DNA of 43,506 nucleotides from Octopus bimaculoides (taxonomy: Eukaryota): contig NC_068991.1 in the NCBI RefSeq assembly GCF_001194135.2, positions 10,826,394-10,869,899 of the forward strand, given 5' to 3'. The notes beneath the pieces are model-generated. The model saw only the letters and a list, made by a program, of their open reading frames with translations, was not told where the DNA came from and did no database searches. Positions 1 to 9,851 of the stretch are shown one piece after another. Numbering within the stretch: position 1 is the first letter of the stretch; every line of letters starts with the position of its first letter. Made by a program: the position numbers and the translations under genes.

Positions 1-61
<61 letters not shown>
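1..61. repeat. (CA)n microsatellite, running off the window start
   Basis: Perfect CA dinucleotide run of about 30 units. Confidence 0.99.
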
Positions 62-63
<2 letters not shown>

Positions 64-123
64 ACATACAAATCTACTCACATACATTCACATATACATA
101 CACAAATATCTTGTTGATGTTTT

Positions 124-233
124 TGAAATTCCAATGTAGGAGCTTTGGGTCTAGGTTAGACACCGGCTCTTTACCGGCAAGAAATCTTGAAATAAAACTG
201 AACAATGACATACATACATACATACATACATAC
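124..233 (+). mobile_element. Possible 3' end of a retroelement with AATAAA and an (ATAC)n tail
   Basis: GAAATTCCAATGTAGGAGCTTTGGGTCTAGGTTAGACACCGG is followed by AATAAA (191-196) and an ATAC repeat. It resembles a high-copy octopus repeat end from memory only; no second copy in the window confirms it. Confidence 0.3.
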
Positions 234-569
234 ATGCATACATGGGGTTTCGTGCTGTGGACGCACGGAGTTTCATGTGTGTTCCATCGTTCAGAGTCTA
301 CATACATCCAACGAACGAGCAGTTACACAGTGACAGGTAGATATCGGGTAAACATCTGAATTTACACAGAAGAACTCAAATTACTTCGTTAAGTAATCTT
401 TTTCTCTGGGCGATACGTATCTGTAAACGTTTAAACGCATACATACGTCTACATACATACAAACATAAGTAAACGCATACACAAACACACACACAGCTGC
501 GCACACGTACGCACACGTACGCACGCACGCACGCATGCAAGAAGACAACCACATACACGTATATGAATG

Positions 570-752
570 GCTCTCCGTCGGTTACGGTGATGGGGTTTCT
601 GCTGTTTGATCAACTGAATTACCTGCCCATTGCGTTTGCTTGTGAAAATGTCTGAGTCATTCTGCTGACACGTTGTTAACGTTGACGTAATTCTCTGGCA
701 GAATCAGTGTGGCGGAGTTTGTGTGACAAAGCAATACCTTTGAATCCTCAGG
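570..752 (-). mobile_element. Old, diverged copy of SINE family B (3' part)
   Basis: Collinear by eye with the reverse complement of the young B copies: CTCCGTCGGTTACG...TTTGATCAAC...CTGAGTCATTCTGCTGACACG...GTGTGACAAAGCAATACCTTTGAATCCTCAGG. Confidence 0.7.
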
Positions 753-1868
753 TAAAAATCCCGCCGACTACCTTACATACACACATACATGCATACATAC
801 ACACACATACATGCATACATACATACATACATACATACATACATACATACACACACATATACTTACACACATACATACAAATGTGTATATATATATANNN
901 NNNNNNNNNNNNNNNNNNNNNNNNNNNNNNNNNNNNNNNNNNNNNNNNNNNNNNNNNNNNNNNNNNNNNNNNNNNNNNNNNNNNNNNNNNNNNNNNNNNN
1001 NNNNNNNNNNNNNNNNNNNNNNNNNNNNNNNNNNNNNNNNNNNNNNNNNNNNNNNNNNNNNNNNNNNNNNNNNNNNNNNNNNNNNNNNNNNNNNNNNNNN
1101 NNNNNNNNNNNNNNNNNNNNNNNNNNNNNNNNNNNNNNNNNNNNNNNNNNNNNNNNNNNNNNNNNNNNNNNNNNNNNNNNNNNNNNNNNNNNNNNNNNNN
1201 NNNNNNNNNNNNNNNNNNNNNNNNNNNNNNNNNNNNNNNNNNNNNNNNNNNNNNNNNNNNNNNNNNNNNNNNNNNNNNNNNNNNNNNNNNNNNNNNNNNN
1301 NNNNNNNNNNNNNNNNNNNNNNNNNNNNNNNNNNNNNNNNNNNNNNNNNNNNNNNNNNNNNNNNNNNNNNNNNNNNNNNNNNNNNNNNNNNNNNNNNNNN
1401 NNNNNNNNNNNNNNNNNNNNNNNNNNNNNNNNNNNNNNNNNNNNNNNNNNNNNNNNNNNNNNNNNNNNNNNNNNNNNNNNNNNNNNNNNNNNNNNNNNNN
1501 NNNNNNNNNNNNNNNNNNNNNNNNNNNNNNNNNNNNNNNNNNNNNNNNNNNNNNNNNNNNNNNNNNNNNNNNNNNNNNNNNNNNNNNNNNNNNNNNNNNN
1601 NNNNNNNNNNNNNNNNNNNNNNNNNNNNNNNNNNNNNNNNNNNNNNNNNNNNNNNNNNNNNNNNNNNNNNNNNNNNNNNNNNNNNNNNNNNNNNNNNNNN
1701 NCGGAATGTGTATATGAGTGTGTGTTTGAGTGTTTTTTGTGTCGGTGGGGATGTTGGGTGTGTGTATGTGAGAGTGTGCGTATATCTCTTTGTCTGAGTG
1801 TGTATGTGTTGTTTTGATCGTCCTTGTGGTGTGTGTGTGTGTGAGAGCAACCGTATGTATGTGTGAGG

Positions 1869-1899
<31 letters not shown>

Positions 1900-1930
1900 C
1901 ATACATACAAATATATCCATTATTGTTTTA

Positions 1931-2107
1931 TTCTTTTATTTGTTCCAGTCATTTGATTGCGGCTATGCTGGAGCACCACCTTTAGTCGAACAAATCGACC
2001 CTAGGACTTATTGTTTGTAAGCCTAGTACTTCTTCTATCGGTCTCATTTGCCGAACCACTAAGTTAGGGTTGCCAAGCGATGGTGGGGGACAAACACAGA
2101 CACACAA

Positions 2108-2110
<3 letters not shown>
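1931..2110 (-). mobile_element. SINE family A, 3' half
   Basis: CAGTCATTTGATTGCGGCTATGCTGGAGCACC...GCCTAGTACTTCTTCTATCGGTCTC...GGGGACAAACACAGACAC, shared with copies at 3164 and 4857. It continues into the internal SSR and an N-gap. Confidence 0.9.
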
Positions 2111-2139
<29 letters not shown>

Positions 2140-2142
2140 GTA

Positions 2143-2183
<41 letters not shown>

Positions 2184-2271
2184 NNNNNNNNNNNNNNNNN
2201 NNNNNNNNNNNNNNNNNNNNNNNNNNNNCTTCCAAGGAATCTAATGCTCTTAGTTTAGTTTTTTCTTGGGG

Positions 2272-2475
2272 CTGTTTCTGTTGTACCTATAATTCAAAGG
2301 GTCAGCCTTGTCACACTGTGTCACGCTGAATATCCCCGAGAACTACGTTAAGGGTACACGTGTCTGTGGAGTGTTCAGCCACTTGCACGTTAATTTCACG
2401 AGCAGGCTGTTCCGTTGATCGGATCAACTGGAACCCTCAACGTCGTAAGCGACGGAGTATCAACAACAACAACAA
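2272..2475 (+). mobile_element. SINE family B, 3' half with (CAA)n tail
   Basis: TTCAAAGGGTCAGCCTTGTCACAC...GGATCAACTGGAACCCTC...CGTAAGCGACGGAGT followed by CAACAACAACAAC; near-identical to 6639-7010. Confidence 0.93.
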
Positions 2476-2549
2476 GCCACAAATTTGACACTAAGGAAAT
2501 CGTTTTCCTAAATAGGAAGCGACACTACTTTTTTTTTTGACACACTCAC

Positions 2550-2771
2550 CGATCGCATGAACTACTTTTCTACTGCGTATGAATTTTTCTCTGTAGAGTT
2601 TAGTGAACGAGGAAATAATTCCACTGGGCCTACCATTTTGATTAAGAATAATCTCGATGACGGTCTCTGAAGCATTTGTTTCGACGGTCAACAACATGTG
2701 TTCGTCTACTTCAGCCTTGACAGACTTCGTAATAACTATTTTTAAGTCATTGATTACCGTTACAGCTTCCT
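2550..2771 (-). CDS. Candidate internal coding exon of an unidentified gene, phase 1-1, 74 codons: (x)EAVTVINDLKIVITKSVKAEVDEHMLLTVETNASETVIEIILNQNGRPSGIISSFTKLYREKFIRSRKVVHAI(G)
   Basis: On the minus strand there is a branch-like CCTAAT, then the acceptor tttccgttctaag|AG. A 222-nt stop-free frame follows (it includes track ORF 2491-2697) and ends at the donor ATCG|gtgagt. The peptide is complex and non-repetitive. No homology could be confirmed. Confidence 0.45.
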
Positions 2772-3163
2772 CTTAGAACGGAAACTGAGCATTAATTAGG
2801 GGTTTTTATCCTTTCATAGAAGCAAAGAAAGCACGAAGAATAATAAGCGAAGAAACCTGTCATACGAGATAAGGATCAGTTAGAAAACGCAGGCATTTCT
2901 CTAAGTGGAGTTAAACGTGAGGGGTCAGAATGCAGTTTTGTTCTGGCTAATTTGATACCTTAGAATACAGAGAAATTCAGTTGAAAAATTTACATTTACC
3001 ATTATTCAATGTCGTGTTTGATTAACGAACGATTTTGGAGAATTAAGAGGAAATTTTGTTCCTTTCTCTTTGGTCTTATCACTTATTATGATGGCATCTA
3101 AGTAAGCTAAATCGTTTTGGTTTTTTTTTTTTCACAATAAAGGTTACTATTTTACTCTTTTAA

Positions 3164-3561
3164 TCTTTTACTTGTTTCAGTCATTTGACTGCGGCCATGC
3201 TGGGGCACCGCCTTTAGACGAGCAAATCGACTCCAGGACTTATTCTTTGTAAGCCTAGTACTTATTCTATCGGTCTCTTTTTGCCGAACCGCTAATTTAC
3301 GAGGACGTAAACACACTAGCATTGGTTGTCAAGCGATGTTGGGGGGACAAACACAGACACACTAACATACACACATATACATATATACATATATACGACA
3401 AGCTTCTTTTAGTTTCCGTCTACCAAATCCACTCACAAGGCTTTGGTCGGTCCGGGACTATAGCAGAAGACACCTGCCCAAGGTGCCACGCAGTGGGACT
3501 GAACCCAGAACCATGTACTTGGTAAGCAAGCTACTTACCACACAGCCACTCCTACGCCTAT
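3164..3561 (-). mobile_element. SINE family A, full length (tRNA-like head, internal SSR, structured 3' end)
   Basis: The minus strand starts ATAGGCGTAGGAGTGGCTGTGTGGTAAGTAGCTTGC (A-box-like TGGCTGTGTGG) with B-box-like GGTTCAGTCCC, and ends GACTGAAACAAGTAAAAGA. Eleven related copies are in the window. Confidence 0.93.
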
Positions 3562-3895
3562 TGTTTATAATTCGTTGGAAATATATGCAATGCCTTCTGA
3601 AAGAACGAAACTAAACGACTGGACTGAAGCAATTGACCTTCTGCCTCGAAAACCGTAAATACTTTATCGTCGATGGTCCGTGAATGTTATTTTATGATGA
3701 TATTTTGTTAATCAAGTAATGTTAGTCAAGCAACGGGTAAGTGTATGTAACTTGTTAAACCCATAAAAAGTAGTTTCCCAGTAGTCAACTACTAACCTAT
3801 TTTCGATGCTATCGTTAAACTTAAATATATACTTGTGCTTACCTGAACGACATACAAACATACGTATGTATGTTTGTACGTATGAATGTATGTGT

Positions 3896-4259
3896 GGAGG
3901 CGCAATGACCCAGTGGTTAGGGCAGCGGACTCGCGGTCATAGGATCGCGGTTTCGATTCCCAGACCGGGCGTTGTGAGTGTTTATTGAGCGAAAACACCT
4001 AAAGCTCCACGAGGCTCCGGCAGGGGATGGTGGCGAACCCTGCTGTACTCTTTCACCACAACTTTCTCTCACTCTTACTTCCTGTTTCTGTTGTGCCTGT
4101 GATTCAAAGGGTCAGCCTTGTCACACTCTGTGTCACGCTGAACATCCCCGAGAACTACTTTAAGGTTACACGTGTCTGTGGAGTGCTCAGCCACTTGCAC
4201 GTTAATTTCACGAGCAGGCTGTTCCGTTGATCGGATCAACTGGAACCCTCGACGTCGTA
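3896..4259 (+). mobile_element. SINE family B, near full length, inserted in (TATG)n
   Basis: tRNA-like head GGAGGCGCAATGACCCAGTGGTTAGGGCAGCGGACTCGCGGTCATAGGATCGCGGTTTCGATTCCC with A/B-box-like motifs. The body matches copies at 6639 and 42467. Confidence 0.93.
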
Positions 4260-4332
4260 TTTATGTATGTATGTATGTATGTATGTATGTACGTACGTAC
4301 GTACGTACACACACACACACACACACATATAT

Positions 4333-4697
4333 ACGACGGACTTCTTTCAGTTTCTTAGTCCACAAGGGGCTAAACATAGAGGGGACAAACAAGGACAGAC
4401 AAAGGATTAAAACGATTGCATCGACCCCCAGTGCGTAACTGGTACTTAATTTATCGACCCCGAAAGGATGAAAGGCAAAGTCGACCTCGGTGGAATTTGA
4501 ACTCAGAACGTAACGGCAGACGAAATACCGCTAAGCATTTGGCCCGGCGCGCTAACGTTTCTGCCAGCGGGATTCTTTCAGTCTCTGTCTACCAAATCCA
4601 CTCAAAAGGCTTTGGTCAACCGGCGGCTATAGTAGAAGACTTTTGCCTAATGTGCAGTGGGACTGAACTCGGGACCATGTGGTTGGGAAGCAACCAC
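4333..4697 (-). mobile_element. SINE family A, 5' half, interrupted by a family D insertion
   Basis: ACGACGGACTTCTTTCAGTTTC (4333-4354) resumes at 4573 as TTCTTTCAGTCTCTGTCTACCAAATCCACTC...GGGACTGAACTCGGGACCATGTGGTTGG. Confidence 0.85.
4355..4572 (-). mobile_element. SINE family D, near full length, with an ~13-bp target-site duplication
   Basis: The minus strand reads GCTGGCAGAAACGTTAGC...GAGTTCAAATTCC (B-box-like), then central GTCGACTTTGCCTTTCATCCTTTCGGGGTCGATAAATTAAGTACCAG, then tail TTTGTCTGTCCTTGTTTGTCCCCTCTATG. It is flanked by TTCTTTCAGTTTC and TTCTTTCAGTCTC. Confidence 0.9.
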
Positions 4698-4709
4698 GAC
4701 TGCTCACTG

Positions 4710-4853
4710 GCATTTCGTCCACCTTCATATTTTGAGTTCAAATCCTGCTGAGGTCGGCTTTGCCTATCATGCTATTCAAATCGATGAAATATTAACCAAT
4801 TGAGTGTCAATGTAATCAACTAGACCCCAGCTCCCCTCCAAGTACCTTGTACC
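4710..4853 (+). mobile_element. Diverged SINE family D fragment
   Basis: TTTCGTCC...TTTTGAGTTCAAATCCTGCTGAGGTCGGCTTTGCCTATCATG resembles the D head and centre. Confidence 0.7.
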
Positions 4854-4856
4854 TAT

Positions 4857-5086
4857 ACTCTTTTACTTGTTTCAGTCATTTGACTGCGGTCATGCTGGAG
4901 CACCACCTTTAGTCGAGCAAATCGACTCCAGGACTTATTCTTTGTAAGCCTAGTACTTATTCTATCGGTCTCTTTTTGCTGAACCGCTAAGTTTCGGGGA
5001 CGTAAACACACCAGCATCGGTTGTCAAGCGATGTTGGGAGGCGGGGACAAACACAGACACACAAATACACACACATATATATATAC

Positions 5087-5117
<31 letters not shown>

Positions 5118-5545
5118 CGAGCTTCTTTCAGTTTCCGTCTACCAAATCCACTCACAAGGCTTTGGTCGGCCCGAGGCTATAGTAGAAGACTTGCCCAAGG
5201 TGCCACGCAGTGGGACTGAACCCGGAACCATGTGGTTGGTAAGCAAGCTACTTTATTTCATAAATATTTGCCATAAAGGCATTACAAAGAGGGGACGAAC
5301 AAGGACAGACAAACAAAAAAGGGGTGAAGTAACTGTATCGATTAAATATTTACAATTTTAAATATGCAATAATAATTTGATTATATTTACAATGTTCGAT
5401 TAAATCATTGCTCATTACAGATGCAATTTGTAATGGCTTTCCTGAAGGATAGGCATCCGACCACCAGGGTAGACCCCTTGCCTTTTCTTTCCCTTGTTTT
5501 TGGCTTCCACTTACCTGGTGCCCACACAGCCACTCCTGCGCCTAT
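4857..5545 (-). mobile_element. SINE family A, full length, split by an ~267-bp insert at 5254-5520
   Basis: The A sequence runs from 4857 to 5253 (ending AGCAAGCTACTT) and resumes at 5521-5545 as CCCACACAGCCACTCCTGCGCCTAT. Confidence 0.9.
5254..5520 (-). mobile_element. 5'-truncated retroelement (possible LINE 3' end) sharing the family D tail
   Basis: 5284-5313 matches 4374-4403 at 28 of 30 positions, but the rest of the insert is unrelated to D. Confidence 0.55.
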
Positions 5546-5581
5546 ATATATATAGTAGAAAGGATTATTATAAATCCAGCT

Positions 5582-5791
5582 CATTACGTTCTGTGTTCAA
5601 ATCACACCGAAGTCATCAATTTCGCCTTTCATCCTTTCGCAGTTGATAAAACAAACAAACAAAAAAAAACTAAAAAGATAAAAAACGGAATCGGTAAAGT
5701 AAAGTACTTGTGAAGTCCTGGAATCAATGTAAACGTATCGATCTCTGTCTCCCCAAATTGCCGGCCTCGTACCAAAATTAGAAAGAATTAT
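5582..5791 (+). mobile_element. Diverged SINE family D
   Basis: CATTACGTTCTGTGTTCAAATCACACCGAAGTC...TTTCGCCTTTCATCCTTTCGCAGTTGATAAA...CCCCAAATTGCCGGCCTCGTACCAAAATTAGAAAG. Confidence 0.75.
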
Positions 5792-6504
5792 TATAGTCTC
5801 GAAGTGCCGTGTGTTAATACAGAACCAAAATAGCGTCGGACAAAATGCTGTATCTATTTATATCGCGAAATACAGCGTCGCTGGTTACTGGTTTCCAATG
5901 AACCAGTCACTCACTGGCTCACTGCTTTTCTAGCGACGTTAAGTGACAAAAGAACGTCTGTCTATGCACCCCGGGCGGAATTGAACCGCAAGGTATTTTT
6001 GTTCGAAAGCACCGGTTTATTTATTTATTTGCTTTCTTTTTTTTTATCGGTATTTACGTCCTTTCGCCGATATTTATTACCAAAAAGACACACGCACACA
6101 CACATACACACGCATGCAAACACGCACTCACACACGCACTTACACACACATTTTGTTTCGGATGTTTACTCACTGTAACATACGCCCGAACATGTTAAAC
6201 CCCCACAACTTTGTGTATGTGCGCGCGTGTGTATCTGTGTCTATGCGTGCGCGCGGTATTTATATGCGTATATATACGTATAAACTTAACCGTGATAACT
6301 TTTTTTATTATTCCTCCACAAAGCAAAGTTTTGGACAACTGTGAAGCTTATGAAAAAAACGACAGACGAACAGACAGACAGACAGACAGACAGGCAGGCA
6401 GAGAGATAAATTGACAGATTTGTTAACAGACAGATAAAAACTTGCATATCTACGTTTGTTAGCTTTATTCTTCAAAGTAGCCAGTGCAACTATCAAACTG
6501 CAAA

Positions 6505-7140
6505 TGACTTTTTGTTTAACCCGAGGTCACCCTTAACTTTGCAAACCTCTGATTGAAAGCGTTAAAAGCATTCCAGTCGAGAGTACCCCACCTTTTTTTA
6601 AAAAATTTTTTTTAAATACATTGTATATACTAGTCCTTCAGTGGTTAGGGTAGCGGACTCGCGGTCATAGGATCGCAGTTTCGATTCCCAGACCGGGCGT
6701 TGTGAGTGTTTATTGAGCGAAAACACCTCAAGCTCCACGAGGCTCCGGCAGGGGGTGGTGGCGAACCCTACTGTACTCTTCCACCACAACTTTCTCCCAC
6801 TTTTTCTTCCTGTTTCTGTTGTGCCTGTAATTCAAAGGGTCAGCCTTGTCACACTGTGTCACGCTGAATATCCCCCGAGAACTACGTTAAGGTTACACGT
6901 GTGTGTGGAGTGCTCAGCCACTTGCACGTTAATTTCACGAGCAGGCTGTTCCGTTGATTGGATCAACTGGAACCCTCGTCGTCGTAAGCGACGGAGTGCC
7001 AACAACAACAATACTATTCCTTCACTACAATATCCAACGCGTCCTTTAATTATTGATGTCAATAGGGTGTGATTTGAGAGAGGGAGATTTGGCTGATATT
7101 ATTAGCAGGGTCGAGTGACAACATAGAGAGTTTCCCGTTG
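6505..7140 (-). mobile_element. Old family E copy interrupted by SINE B
   Basis: The tail half TTTAACCCGAGGTCACCC...GCATTCCAGTCG lies left of the B insert. The head half TAGGGTGTGATTTGAG...AGATTTGGCTGATATTATTAGCAGGGTCGAGTGAC lies right of it. Confidence 0.7.
6641..7010 (+). mobile_element. SINE family B, slightly 5'-truncated, with a 14-bp TSD
   Basis: Flanked by ATACTAGTCCTTCA (6627-6640) and ATACTATTCCTTCA (7011-7024), one mismatch; ends in an (AAC)n tail. Confidence 0.95.
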
Positions 7141-7649
7141 TAATTGTTGTTGTTGTTGGCGGTAATGATGCAGTGACGAAACTGTGAACATGTGGGTGCA
7201 TGTCGATGCATGGCGTTTGCGTGTTTACGTATGCATGCATACGCACATGTCAGAGCATGTATGTATATGTACATGCAAGAACCGTATGCATGCATTGTGT
7301 GTGTGAGCGCGCCCTTGTCTTCTTTCGAACAGAGAGTACGGTGTTTCGCGTAAAACTAGTTGCTTATAACAGATTTTTTTTTTCGTCTCCCCGCACCATT
7401 ATTGCGCTCTATAGAGACGAGGCGACATTTGTTTTTAAAAGCTTTAAGAAGAGACGGAAATTTAAGGGAAAGTGAGAGTTAAGGAAAAAAAAAAAAGGGA
7501 ACAGAAAGAGGGAGTAATAACAAAAATAAAAATAGGGCTCCCTAAAAAAAATAAGGAGACAAAAAAAAAAGAACGGACAGTGGAGGGAGAACCGAGAACA
7601 GAAACATGTCTTGACTTGTTCGTTTTCTTAGTCGAAACTGGTTGTTTTG

Positions 7650-7681
7650 ATTGGCTGTTGCCATATAAGGTAACAGCCAAT
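7650..7681. promoter_or_regulatory. Palindrome containing a CArG box (CCATATAAGG) between inverted CCAAT boxes
   Basis: ATTGGCTGTTGCC-ATATAA-GGTAACAGCCAAT has 13-bp arms with one mismatch. 7661-7670 is an exact CC(A/T)6GG. Function is inferred only from the motifs. Confidence 0.45.
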
Positions 7682-7826
7682 GATGACCTCATTCGCTTTT
7701 TGCTCCCTTTCTCCCTCTAATTCTCTTTGCTCCTTTCCAGTCACACCACAAAATTCCCAACCAAATTGATACAGGACACTGAAGATTTGTGCGGGAAATA
7801 CATATATATACACATACACACACACA

Positions 7827-7830
<4 letters not shown>

Positions 7831-7896
<66 letters not shown>
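7831..7896. repeat. (AT)n microsatellite
   Basis: Perfect AT run of about 33 units. Confidence 0.98.
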
Positions 7897-7903
<7 letters not shown>

Positions 7904-8619
7904 GACACACGCACACACTATAGATCTATCTATTTATATATATATACACATATATAAATAAACGTACACATACGCACAATAGTGAATACACTCTTACTAC
8001 AACTACTACAACTAAAATTATTACCACTACTACTACAACTGCGATATTACTATTATTAGGAAGGCCACCAATGAGGATGATGATGATGATGAAGATGATG
8101 ATGGTGATGTTGATGATTATGATACTTACTATTAATGATAATAGTGGTTTTAAACCTAAACATTGTGTTCCAAGGTAAGCAACGTGTTAGTGTCACGGAC
8201 AAATTACTTCTAAGATATTTTAAGATTTAATTGCTATATATATGTATTATATTACATTACACATTATTTTATATGCATTATTTATCTACTTTATTTTATT
8301 CAAATTATTTCATACATAAGTGTGTTTACATTGTTTTATACATATATATCTTAGTAAAAAATTATATATTTATAAACATTTTCAATGATTGTTTTTATAA
8401 AACTTTATTACATTATCTAATAAATATTTTTTTTTGTCTTAAGTATATTATTTTACACAGATTATTTTGCACGTTTATACATACATATTTTTTATAATTT
8501 GTTTTTACTAAATGCTCAAAGATTATTTTGTTGTTCAACTTCTGTTTACTAATTAACTTTCTATGTGTTAATTATTTCTCAATTTGTCTGTCTTTATCCC
8601 AACCAACTCCCTCAGTGTG

Positions 8620-8634
8620 TGCATGTGTGTGTGC

Positions 8635-8681
<47 letters not shown>

Positions 8682-8940
8682 TTCATTCATGCATACATAT
8701 ATATATGCATGCATTCATGCATCCATTCATATATGCATGCATTCATGCATACATATATACATACATATATACATACATGCATACATATTGTATATATGTA
8801 TATATATGAAATATATATATATACATATTTGTCTGTGCATATGTATGTATGCATGCATGCATGTATGTATGCATGCATGTATGTATGCATGTATGTATGT
8901 ATGCATGTATGTATGTATGTATGTATGTATGTATGTATAA
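8620..8940. repeat. Compound (TA)n/(ATGC)n/(TATG)n simple repeat
   Basis: Adjacent di- and tetranucleotide runs. Confidence 0.95.
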
Positions 8941-9358
8941 TTCCTGTATCTATGATTCCCTATTCTTATCTTTGAAAATATTTGTTTTAAAAGTCTGTAG
9001 AAACAACATAGTATGGACACAATGTTTTTTCATGTTTAACCGATATATCCACATTTTGCGTACCTAACAATTTGTGTATGTGTGTATATATATGTGTGTG
9101 TGCGCGCACGCCTGTGTTTGTGAGTGTTTCTATGTGTATATATATACATATACACACACATGCATGAATACAAACGTGTACACCATGCCTGCGTTTTCTA
9201 TATACTATCTCAGTCATGTCCCTCGAATAAAATTGTCACAGAAAAAATGTATATATGTGTATATAGTTGTGTGTGATTGCACGCGGCGTGCATTTTTGTA
9301 CGCGTGTGTTGAACTACGTGTGTTTTGTTTTGGCTGTGTGACTGTATGCCTATGTTTA

Positions 9359-9399
<41 letters not shown>

Positions 9400-9409
9400 N
9401 NNNNNNNNN

Positions 9410-9455
<46 letters not shown>

Positions 9456-9820
9456 GCGTCTGTGTATGTATGTATGCTTGTTCATGCTTTCGTGTATGTA
9501 TGCATACTTCTTTGTATATCTATCCGTTGTTACATATGAGTGTATTTATGGTGTATATACATATATATATATATCTATGCATGATTGCGTTTGAGTGTGT
9601 TTGCGTGCATATATGCGTTTGCATTTATGTTGATGTCTGTGTGCATGTCTATGTGTGCATACGCCCGCATTGAATGCGTTCACATAAGCGTGCGTCTGCA
9701 TTTGAGCGCATGTACTGTTGACTAAGCTATATCACTTCCAATGTTTACAACCAGTGACATGCCGTAAACATAATAACGTTCGCTCAAAAGGAGTTAGCAA
9801 CGTACACACACGCACTGATA

Positions 9821-9851
<31 letters not shown>

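Noticed and set aside
3896-3970. tRNA-like sequences (also about 6641-6695, 41370-41441 and 42780-42841)
   Set aside because: They are SINE heads. They continue into repeat bodies, recur with TSDs, and lack a proper acceptor stem and cloverleaf.
3978-4230. Repeated 60-120-aa ORFs such as MVANPAVLFHHNF... (also 6713-7072, 42466-42723)
   Set aside because: They are incidental frames within SINE B copies and differ by frameshifts among copies.
3730-5520. Isolated strong donors (CGG|gtaagt at about 3737 +, CAG|gtaagc at 3843 -, CAG|gtaagt at 5515 -; also CAA|gtaagt at about 19350 -)
   Set aside because: There is no matching acceptor or open coding frame, several lie in repeats, and such hits are expected by chance in 43 kb.
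8200-8560. Very AT-rich stretch with ORFs 8231-8497
   Set aside because: Low-complexity AT-rich DNA giving Y/I/F/L-biased peptides, with no supportable function.
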